This document shows, one piece after another, positions 10,056 to 18,461 of a stretch of 41,043 nucleotides of DNA. The notes below the pieces were generated by a model, which was given only the letters and a program-made list of their open reading frames with translations, made no database searches and was not told the DNA's origin. Location of the stretch: NCBI GenBank assembly GCA_016930515.1, contig JAFGGO010000119.1:1-41043 (forward strand), written 5' to 3'. Every line of letters begins with the position of its first letter. Position 1 is the first letter of the stretch. The translations under genes were made by a program, and so were the position numbers. The DNA is from Promethearchaeota archaeon (lineage in GTDB: Archaea; Asgardarchaeota; Lokiarchaeia; Sigyniarchaeales; SOKP01).

Positions 10056-10586
10056 ATGCAAATCTTTCTGAGTAAGACTAAGTTTCGTATTTACAATCTC
10101 TTCGAAGTATATCGCCAATTAACCATATAAGAAATTGCAGATAAACTTTCTCGTAACAAATCAAGCATTCACCCACACATTCACGACCTGATCGATATAG
10201 GATTGCTAAAACAACCCACGATAGTAGATGATAAAAGAAATTTTATATTCGAATTGGCAGACGACTACGAAGAGAAACTCAATTTAATTGATAAAAATGG
10301 CGGTCTCGATTCTGGATTAACACCTGCTCTTGTTTCTCAGATATGCCAAGTAGGCATTAAATGGATGCAGGTACAAAAATCGCTCCTTGACGAACACATT
10401 AATTTTAGTCGACTCGTTTACGAGTTGAATAAAAACAAAAAAATTTTTGAGCTCATCAAGGATTTATACAATTATATATTTGCCTTCGATTTTGATTCCG
10501 AGGGGCGCGTTAAGATTGACGAAAAAGGACTTCCCATAAATTCTTCGAAAAGTTCTATTACGATATGTTATTTCGAAAGGATTTAG
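10056..10586 (+). pseudogene. Winged-HTH transcription regulator interrupted by in-frame TAA (10128-10130)
   Basis: MQIFLSKTKFRIYNLFEVYRQLTI*EIADKLSRNKSSIHPHIHDLIDIGLLK continues in frame into ORF 10203..10586. Confidence 0.7.
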
Positions 10587-10715
10587 AAGTATAAGCCTAA
10601 ATTAAAATGTATTTAACTATTTCTTCGTTCTATTCATTGATATTTTTACCATAAATTTCTAAGATTTGATGATTAAGGTTGCATTAATAAAGCCTGTCGT
10701 ATTTTCACCACTTGC

Positions 10716-11564
10716 ATGTTAAAACTCGTTCTCAACCAAGCATCTTGCAAAGAACCGTCACTTGAGGCGTTGATCAAACATTTAAAAGGATTTCGAAGCC
10801 TTGAACTCGACACTTTTGAGATAAACAGTACGAATAAAAATGGTGTTAGCCTCAAGACCATAAATGAGCTAATGCATTCCTTTGACCTCGAAGTAGAAAG
10901 CGTCTATGGGTTGGAAGACTTTTCTTTAAGTTCTGAAAGGTTTTTCAAAACCAAGATTCTTCCCATCTTCAATCAAATGATGTCCCAAGCTTATAAGCTT
11001 GATGCGGAACTCTTGATCGTTTCTCCTTCATTGCTCGACCAAGAGGCGACCCAAGCTGGGGTCCCACAATGGAGGATTCTAAATAGAACGAAAAACCGAT
11101 TAAAAGTACTTCTAAAGAAGGCATTCGAAAATGGTTTAACGGTAGGTCTTGAGTTTTCAAGTGATCAAAAAAGTTCATTTTCGAACCTGAAAGATTTAAA
11201 AGAACTTTTTGAAACTTTAGAAGATAAAGACAACTTAGGTGTCGTGATGAATGTTTTTGATTTAGCGCAAATTGGATTGGATTACGCCCAGCTCAAAGAA
11301 TTGTCCGAGAAGTTGTACTTATTTCGTTTGAGCGATTCTAAACTAGAAACATTGACTAATGGAAATTTGTTTGATAGAACTAACATTCTCGTTCCTGGAG
11401 AAGGGACTTTCGACTACAAGGAGTTTTTTCGAAATACTCGAAAATTAGGCTATCGCCGTCCTTTTTCGGTAGTCTCGAGCGAATTGGATTGCTCACGAGA
11501 ACTATATCAGAAAGTTTTTGATTATTTATATCCCCTCTTTCGAGCTAGCGAGGATCCTACTTAA
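10716..11564 (+). CDS. Sugar phosphate isomerase/epimerase (AP endonuclease 2) TIM barrel, metal ligands degenerate
   Basis: VGLEF, NLGVVMNVFD, FRLSD, VPGEGTFDY family motifs with several His/Asp/Glu ligands missing. Confidence 0.7.
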   Translation: MLKLVLNQASCKEPSLEALIKHLKGFRSLELDTFEINSTNKNGVSLKTINELMHSFDLEVESVYGLEDFSLSSERFFKTKILPIFNQMMSQAYKLDAELLIVSPSLLDQEATQAGVPQWRILNRTKNRLKVLLKKAFENGLTVGLEFSSDQKSSFSNLKDLKELFETLEDKDNLGVVMNVFDLAQIGLDYAQLKELSEKLYLFRLSDSKLETLTNGNLFDRTNILVPGEGTFDYKEFFRNTRKLGYRRPFSVVSSELDCSRELYQKVFDYLYPLFRASEDPT

Positions 11565-11574
11565 ATCATAGATT

Positions 11575-12348
11575 TTATATTTTAGCGAAATATTTCATGT
11601 TAACCAAGTCTTCTTCTATGGAATGCTTGTTGTTTCTCGGCGTTTCAAAAGTCAAGGACACATCAGAACCAAGTTCGAATAAGATGTTTTTGATTGCTCT
11701 TAAATCGTATTCTCCCTTTCCTAATGGTAGGTGTTCGTCGAGTTCGCTTGTAAAATTGCCGTCCGATATGTGAAAATGGATCGGCCTCCTTATTTTAATG
11801 AAATTTCGAATGAGTTCCAGATAATCTTGGGAAAATGAAACTGATGTTTTTACGGCGTGATTTAAATCCAAGCAAAACTGTAGTTTGGGCATGTATTGGA
11901 AAAATGAAAGTATTGAATCAGGATCGTGAGCCAAGCAAGTTCCTCCAGCAAGTGATTTATAAGGCATGTTTTCTAAAGCGAGTGGTTGAATATTGAGCTT
12001 TTTGAGGTTAAAAATCGAAAGTTGGAGGTCTCCTGATTCTGGGTAAACGATATAACTCGTGGGATTCAAACTGTTGAATACTTCCAAATTTGCATCTACT
12101 CGCTTGATAAATTCTTGATTGTGTTTTGCTTGTTTCTCGTTTCCAAAATCGATCCTTTTCGTGAAATGCGGCAAGTGAAAGTTATAAGGTAGGGAAAGAT
12201 TTTCGAAATTAGAAAGATCTTCGGCTTTAAAGTCTGGAGGGAGGAGTATTTCTATAAAGTCAATAGTACCATCGTTCTGGTAAATCTCATGAAGTAGATC
12301 GAGTCGATTTAGGCTTAATTTAATGCCCAACTTGATATTTTCAATCAT
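11575..12348 (-). CDS. Xylose isomerase-like / AP endonuclease 2 TIM barrel protein
   Basis: LENMP, CLDLNHA, HFHISD, DEHLPLGKG, FETP metal-ligand motifs. Confidence 0.82.
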   Translation of the reverse strand: MIENIKLGIKLSLNRLDLLHEIYQNDGTIDFIEILLPPDFKAEDLSNFENLSLPYNFHLPHFTKRIDFGNEKQAKHNQEFIKRVDANLEVFNSLNPTSYIVYPESGDLQLSIFNLKKLNIQPLALENMPYKSLAGGTCLAHDPDSILSFFQYMPKLQFCLDLNHAVKTSVSFSQDYLELIRNFIKIRRPIHFHISDGNFTSELDEHLPLGKGEYDLRAIKNILFELGSDVSLTFETPRNNKHSIEEDLVNMKYFAKI

Positions 12349-12555
12349 TATTTATTTTCAATCATTTGTCGGTTTTTTACTTTTTTAAACTGATAATAAA
12401 CAATAAATCTGAATAAAAAATGACAAGATAACCAGGAAAAAAAAAATCTCGACCATAAAAGAGTACGATATTCGAGAGAAATAGCTAAAAATTATATAAA
12501 TGTGTCTTTCTTTAAAGATTATAAGCAAAAATATTTGTGCATCATAGAGTAAAAA

Positions 12556-13113
12556 ATGACGACCTACGATTACACGTTCAAAATCCTACTGCTAGGAGAC
12601 GCATCGGTTGGAAAGACATCGTTTACCAAGAGATATTGTTACAACATATTCAACCCCTCGGAAAAATAGGTTTAATTCGAACCTGTTCCGAAAAGGTTAA
12701 CTATTGGGGTTGATTTCCACGTCAAGACCATTGAATTGAAAGAGAAAAAGATCAAGCTCCAGATATGGGATGTTGGAGGGGAAGAACGATTCCGCTTCTT
12801 GCTTCCCACCTATTGCCTTGGAGCGAACGCTGCGTTTCTATTGTACGACACTACTAGGTCTTATACTTTAGATAATATTCCTGAATGGACATCTATCGTT
12901 CGTCAAAAAGGGGGCGATATTCCAATAATGCTTGTAGGGGCCAAGATCGACCTCGCAGCAGACCAAAGAGAGGTCTCCCGCGAATTAGGAATTCAAGTCG
13001 CCGAGAAGAATAACCACGCATCGTTCGTGGAGATTAGTGCGAAAGACAACACGAACGTGTTCAAGGCGTTTGAAGTTCTTTCGGAATTAACATTAGAAAA
13101 AATTGAACAATAA
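12556..13113 (+). CDS. Rab-like small GTPase, split: join(12556..12663,12694..13113), 175 aa after splicing
   Basis: ATG 12556 gives MTTYDYTFKILLLGDASVGKTS (G1). After removing 30 nt the frame reads FNPSERLTIGVDF (G2), WDVGGEERF (G3), GAKID (G4), EISAK (G5). The ORF track captured only 12736..13113. Confidence 0.88.
12664..12693 (+). other. Putative 30-nt bulge-helix-bulge (BHB) mRNA intron
   Basis: Central helix UCGG(12658-61)/CCGA(12688-91); AAA bulges at 12662-64 and 12692-94; intron stem AAUAGGUUU/GAACCUGUU; contains in-frame TAG and TAA. Confidence 0.82.
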
Positions 13114-13125
13114 CGAGGAAAAAAC

Positions 13126-14115
13126 ATGGGAGAAAGCGAATTCATAAAAATTTCAAATGTGTTCACCTCGTTGGACATTATCGAAAAGGGTATCGAAAAA
13201 ATCTATTATTACCTCCTCAAGCACAACAAGATCGAAAACCTCAAAGAAGTGTGCGAGCAATTTGATTTGACTTTAAAACGCGGTTATAAGATTTGTTCGG
13301 TCTTAAGCGACTTAGAACTCGTGCAGATTTACGATAGGCCCATGAAAGTCCTGATCGCCACCCCAATCGCCTCAATTTGGCAAAAGATCATGAACCACAA
13401 GATCGAAGAATTGCGAACTCAATTTCAAGAAAAGCGAAACATTTGCGAAGCCTCGCTTCAAGATTTTCTCAAGAGCTACAACCTTCTGGAAGAGGAACCT
13501 CAAGAACCAGTGGAATTTATTAATTTCGAATCCGGGCAGTTTGAACAAATTAATTACGCGTTTTACTCGAAGAGTTCTAGCAAATTGGCGGTCTGTATCA
13601 AGTATAACAATCCGTTAGTTTCATCGATTCAAGAGGCCATAAAAAGCAAAAAATCTACTGTCAAAGCGGATGTCCTTCCTAATGACCTTAGATCCACTAT
13701 CGTGCAAGGAGTCGAACGAATGAAAAAACACTTGAAAATCATTGATGTCAAGGTCATTTTCAACTCTGAATTGCTCGATTCGCTTGTTAAAAGTAAGGAA
13801 TTTGAAGTTATGTGTGATGTATTGAAGGGTGTTCAGTTGGAATTTAATAAATTCTCCGTGAAAGTCGTCGATGATGATTTCAGTAATTTTTGTCTCATGG
13901 GGGATAACGAACTCGTTCAACCCAGTTTCTCGCCTACTCACGAACTCATTGGGATATACATCTCAAGAAACAAGAACATATTCCAAATCTTTAACGATAA
14001 ATTTAACGAACTCTTCTTCAAGGCCACGCCATTAACAGAATACATTGAAAAAAATGATTTGCTTGAGGGTTTGGCCATTACTGAGCTTCAATCCTTCATT
14101 TTGTGCCTGCTCTGA
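13126..14115 (+). CDS. TrmB-like transcriptional regulator (N-terminal wHTH, coiled coil, C-terminal sensor-like domain)
   Basis: KIYYYLLK...LKEVCEQFDLTLKRGYKICSVLSDLELVQ...RPMKV resembles a TrmB wHTH. Starts 12 nt after the GTPase stop. Confidence 0.6.
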   Translation: MGESEFIKISNVFTSLDIIEKGIEKIYYYLLKHNKIENLKEVCEQFDLTLKRGYKICSVLSDLELVQIYDRPMKVLIATPIASIWQKIMNHKIEELRTQFQEKRNICEASLQDFLKSYNLLEEEPQEPVEFINFESGQFEQINYAFYSKSSSKLAVCIKYNNPLVSSIQEAIKSKKSTVKADVLPNDLRSTIVQGVERMKKHLKIIDVKVIFNSELLDSLVKSKEFEVMCDVLKGVQLEFNKFSVKVVDDDFSNFCLMGDNELVQPSFSPTHELIGIYISRNKNIFQIFNDKFNELFFKATPLTEYIEKNDLLEGLAITELQSFILCLL

Positions 14116-14211
14116 GTGATTTAACTATAAGATAAAAATGGATAATGTAGGTTATTTATCTATTAAAACTTAAACTCAACAATAAAATATAAAAAAAATA
14201 TAAAATAAAAC

Positions 14212-15759
14212 TTATTTCTTTTGCTGTGCGAGCATCGCTCTTTTGTACTTGTCAAGCATTTTCCTTGGAGTAACGGGATTCAAGGACCGTTCTATAATGT
14301 CTAAATCAGGATTGATGCCGAACAGGTATCTGGCGATATCTTTTAACTTTTCCATGTCGTATCGACCTGCCATAGCAATGGTTTCCATTTGTGGAGAACC
14401 ACCGCCGTGAAGGCCTGCAACTTGTGTCAATGCGCCAAAATCGGAACATCCCAAGTTTTCAACACCTTTGAAGCATTTTAACACATCTTCTGGGGGTATC
14501 TTAGGATTTCTTTGCATGTATTTCATAGCAAGCTTACCTACCTCTTCGTTGTAAAAAGTGTCCATGAAAGGCAAGGCGGCCATCAAACCACCGGCAAGAT
14601 CGGCTAGAGTTTTATATTCGTCGTAAATGTTTTCTCCAGCGTGTCTTCTTCCAGCGTTCGTGAGAATCTCGTCTGGTATTTGCGTACCGGAAGGTGATCT
14701 CTCCGAATGTAAGGCGCTTGACTCTCCTGCAGCGTAAACGAGTTCTGCAGTGCCTAACATGTGCGAAATCTTTTCCTTGGCGTGATTCATATGATCAATT
14801 CCGTTGTATTCAGCAACGAGAGCTGAAGCACTGGCTAATACCTCCGTAATAGCGGGTTTGCAACCACAATAAGAATGTCTGTGATAGTGAGCAAACATGA
14901 GGGCTAAAAATCCCGCATAGGGCGTTTGTCTCTTGTCCGCTTGTCCGTTTAAGAAAATTCGATCGTTTGGGACGAAAACATCGTCAAATACTATGAATGT
15001 TTCGGCGTCTCCAAGCTCTATCGTCCTTGGTAACGCCTCTGCTGGTGTTATATCGGGTTTGTGAAAATATGCCGGTCGAGCAAGTAATTTCACGCCTTCC
15101 GTATCGGCGGGTATGGCAAACGATACGGCATATTCGTAATCCTCTGGCATCATCATCCTGCACGGAACTGCTACTATTTCGTCCACATATGGCGTGTTTG
15201 TTATGCATTGTTTTGCTCCCCGAACGATTATGCCGTCTTCTCTGGTTTCCACGACTCTTAAATAAGCGTCTGGATTTTCTTGCTGTGAAGGTCTTTTTGA
15301 CCTGTCACCCTTTGCGTCTGTGCTTGCACATGACGCTGCCAAGTCTTTTTTTTGGAACATTTTCATGTAATTTAGAAAATTTTGGTGGTACGAAGTTCCG
15401 AGCGCTTGATCGCACTCGTAAGTCACGACCGATACAGCGTTAAGCGCATCAATACCCATGCATCTCTGAATGCATCCACCAGTCCTATGACATAATATTC
15501 TCGTCATTCTCTGCTTTTTTAGGAGATCGTCGGCGCTTTGATGGATGTGAGTAAATCTATTTATTTTTTCCCCGGTAATATGCGATGTTGCAGTACATAC
15601 TTCTTCAAAAGCGGGATTGTGGGCTTTTTCGAATGTTTCTCTCAAAATGCGCATTCCACCCTTCAGTCGGGGATCGTCTCTTCCAACTTTTTCGTTACCA
15701 ATCCAAATATTGGGCTTCATGGCGCACAAATCCTTGTAATATTCATCAAAAGTTCTCAT
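14212..15759 (-). CDS. abfD: 4-hydroxybutyryl-CoA dehydratase / vinylacetyl-CoA isomerase (HpaB-like family)
   Basis: GGCIQRCMGIDALN, TDAKGDRSKRP, HYHRHSYCGCK (Fe-S Cys/His ligands), LHGGGSP. Confidence 0.85.
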   Translation of the reverse strand: MRTFDEYYKDLCAMKPNIWIGNEKVGRDDPRLKGGMRILRETFEKAHNPAFEEVCTATSHITGEKINRFTHIHQSADDLLKKQRMTRILCHRTGGCIQRCMGIDALNAVSVVTYECDQALGTSYHQNFLNYMKMFQKKDLAASCASTDAKGDRSKRPSQQENPDAYLRVVETREDGIIVRGAKQCITNTPYVDEIVAVPCRMMMPEDYEYAVSFAIPADTEGVKLLARPAYFHKPDITPAEALPRTIELGDAETFIVFDDVFVPNDRIFLNGQADKRQTPYAGFLALMFAHYHRHSYCGCKPAITEVLASASALVAEYNGIDHMNHAKEKISHMLGTAELVYAAGESSALHSERSPSGTQIPDEILTNAGRRHAGENIYDEYKTLADLAGGLMAALPFMDTFYNEEVGKLAMKYMQRNPKIPPEDVLKCFKGVENLGCSDFGALTQVAGLHGGGSPQMETIAMAGRYDMEKLKDIARYLFGINPDLDIIERSLNPVTPRKMLDKYKRAMLAQQKK

Positions 15760-15808
15760 TTTTATAAACACGATCTTTAATGATTTTTTAAGTGTTAATT
15801 AGTATTAT

Positions 15809-15865
15809 TCGTGACAAGATATATATATCACGATCCACTTTACGATCGTAGGGATATATATTCCC
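15809..15865. promoter_or_regulatory. Divergent promoter region with TATA-like boxes embedded in palindromes
   Basis: GATATATATATC (15818-29) inside TCGTGA...TCACGA; TACGATCGTA (15841-50); GGGATATATATTCCC (15851-65). Confidence 0.55.
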
Positions 15866-15899
15866 ACAAATCTCTTATTTTAAAAATAACATGTGGTAG

Positions 15900-17732
15900 A
15901 TGATCATCAGCAACAATAAGAATAAACATACCGTAGAGAGCAAGATATCGGTTCGGAGATCGGGAGGGAAAAAAGGATACGATAGTGCGTGGATATACAT
16001 TCCAACCAGAGTTTATAGCGATAGCTCGTTCCCATTTAAAAAGGAAGACAAACTTGTTCTAGAAATCGAAGATGATCAAATTTTAGTGCGAAAAAAACGG
16101 ATTTTTGATGATATCATAAATAATTATGGGATTGAAAACGCCACGCTCCCTAAATTGATAGAAAACAAGGCGATAGAGAATAAAGACCTGCCAGCTATCT
16201 TATACGAAGACGAAATATATTCATATAATCAAGTAAACGATTTATCAAATCAAATCGCACACGGCATTATTAAACTCATAAAACAATATAAACTCAAAAA
16301 CAAGCACATAGCCATTATGATTCAAAATAATCCATATTTTGTTTGGAGTTTTATTGGAGTTGCGAAAGCTGGAGCAATCTCTGTTCCTATAAACTATTTT
16401 CTCAGGGGAGAATCATTGCTTTACATTTTAACACAAAGCGATTCAGAAGCGATCTTCATTGATTACAAATTCCTCCACCTCTTTGAGGAAATCGAGCATT
16501 TTCTCTCTCAGATCAAGTTCGTTGTCGTTATTAACGCTCCTAAGGATTTCAAAACCAACGAAAAATATCTTCTTTTTGAGGAAATCAATACGAGCAATAA
16601 GAAAAATCCTGAAGTGGGAGTGAAGTTCACGGATGTTTTGGAAATAATATTTACTGAAGGTACGACAGGAAAACCAAAGGCTGTATGCTACAAGCACCAA
16701 AAGATTCTTACTGGACTAATATATGCGGAAGAAAGCAAGTTATTTAAAAGGAGCATCAAAAATATCTACGGATCACCGCCTTTATTTCATTACTTTCCCC
16801 AACTCATTATTTTCCTTCAAATTATCTTTCTCAATTCCTCAATCGTCTTAACAGAGGACGTCCAACCTAAAAATTTTTGGCAAGAAGCGAGCAAATATGG
16901 CTCTAATGCAATGGTTTACCACGGAGGGACCTTTCCAAGCCTCATTAATCAACCGCCAAGCGAAATCGAAAGGAGCCACGGGATTAAATGGGCAATCGGA
17001 GGTGAAGTTCCAAAAGACTTATGGGAAATATGCGAAAATCGGTTTGGAATAACTTTATTAGAGGGTTGGTCTTCCACTGAGGCCATGGGCTATACGATGA
17101 ATAATCTTGGTACTAAAGGGGGTAAGGTAGGGTCTATTGGAAAACCAATTGAAGAGTTCCAGGTCAAGATTGTCGATATCGAGGGAAACGAGTTAGAGCC
17201 TGGACCAGACAACATTGGCGAAATCATCACACGCACCACCCTCCCTATCAAATTAAATTACTATAAACCACCCGAGAATACGGCAATGTTCCCTAGAGGT
17301 AATGGTTTCATTCACACGGGTGATATTGGATACATGGATAAGGATGGGTTTTTATATCTTGTTGGAAGGAAGGTAGATATTGTTCAACGGAAAGGAAAAA
17401 TAATTCCCATACATGTTATCGAAAATATAGCAAAGGCACATCCGCTCGTGATGGATAGCGCGGTCGTTGGGGTTCCCGTCTCGAGTGGAAGCAACCAAGA
17501 ACTAAAAATACATGTAGTTTTTAAGGAAAACGAGACGCTCTCTCACGAAGCTTTCCACAATTATTTGAAGCTACATTTAGCACATTATATGGTTCCTAGA
17601 TATTTAGAATTCAAGGATAGATTACGTATTTTAACTGGGAGAATAAAGAAATACTTGTTGAGACAAGAATGGGAGGACGAATCGGTTCGCGCTCGAACCT
17701 GGGATTCTTACACTCGGAGTTTTGTTGTATAA
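15900..17732 (+). CDS. AbrB/MazE-like domain fused to a CaiC-like AMP-binding acyl-CoA ligase domain
   Basis: N-terminal VRRSGGKKGYDSAWIYIP...FPFKKEDKLVLEIEDDQILVRK; ligase motifs FTEGTTGKPK, EGWSSTE, HTGDIG, GRKVD, HYMVPRY. Confidence 0.82.
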   Translation: MIISNNKNKHTVESKISVRRSGGKKGYDSAWIYIPTRVYSDSSFPFKKEDKLVLEIEDDQILVRKKRIFDDIINNYGIENATLPKLIENKAIENKDLPAILYEDEIYSYNQVNDLSNQIAHGIIKLIKQYKLKNKHIAIMIQNNPYFVWSFIGVAKAGAISVPINYFLRGESLLYILTQSDSEAIFIDYKFLHLFEEIEHFLSQIKFVVVINAPKDFKTNEKYLLFEEINTSNKKNPEVGVKFTDVLEIIFTEGTTGKPKAVCYKHQKILTGLIYAEESKLFKRSIKNIYGSPPLFHYFPQLIIFLQIIFLNSSIVLTEDVQPKNFWQEASKYGSNAMVYHGGTFPSLINQPPSEIERSHGIKWAIGGEVPKDLWEICENRFGITLLEGWSSTEAMGYTMNNLGTKGGKVGSIGKPIEEFQVKIVDIEGNELEPGPDNIGEIITRTTLPIKLNYYKPPENTAMFPRGNGFIHTGDIGYMDKDGFLYLVGRKVDIVQRKGKIIPIHVIENIAKAHPLVMDSAVVGVPVSSGSNQELKIHVVFKENETLSHEAFHNYLKLHLAHYMVPRYLEFKDRLRILTGRIKKYLLRQEWEDESVRARTWDSYTRSFVV

Positions 17733-17932
17733 GGAATTTCTAACCAGAATCAATATCTTAAAGTATGCATTCTATGACATTCCTTTTTTCTTTAGATAGA
17801 CAGGTACCTAGGCTAAATTATAAATATACTAGAATGGATTAAATTATTTAGGAATTAAATTTTTTTTGTCGAAAAAATCCGTGTTTTTTGAGATCCAAAC
17901 AATTTAAAATATTGAGATACCTCCGAAATCAG

Positions 17933-18338
17933 ATGAACGAGCCTATTGATTCAAGTTCTGAAAATATCATTAATCTGGAATCGTCTAAATCTTTATTGGA
18001 TGTATTATTTCACGATTCGAATTTATTAATCGCCTTGTATAATACGCCTTCAGGGGGAGAAATTTTTATTGGTACGAAACATAAAGAAAATTATATAGAT
18101 GTTTTCGTAAAAGACACGGGTGTTGGGATGATAGAAAAAGAGAAACTGAACCTTTTTCAGGCGTTTGGGAAAATCGAAAGGTACGGAAAAGGTTTAGATG
18201 TTTTTATTGATGGGGTAGGTTTGGGTCTTTATACTTCAAAACAAATCCTAAAAAAAACACGGAGGTAAAATACTCGTTGAATTTAAAGGAAGAAATAAGG
18301 GTTCTCGGTTTACGGTTAGATTATACAAAAATAAATAA
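17933..18338 (+). pseudogene. Internally deleted, frameshifted histidine kinase remnant
   Basis: Short N-terminus joined to HATPase (YNTPSGG...KDTGVG...GVGLGL). One extra base in an A8 run (18250-57), after which HGGKILVEFKGRNKGSRFTVRLYKNK* continues in another frame. Confidence 0.8.
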
Positions 18339-18461
18339 AAAAAATGCATCTAAAATGTTTTTTCGCATCAAACCATAGACATAAATAATTTTGTTCTTGT
18401 TTATTTTATAAAATGGAAAAATTTAGACCAAAAAATCGTTGAAATATCGAGGTAACGCTAA

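Noticed and set aside
12664-12693. Reading the GTPase insert as plain pseudogenisation or stop readthrough
   Set aside because: The stops are confined to 10 surplus codons, the flanks show no other lesions, and the boundaries coincide with BHB cleavage positions.
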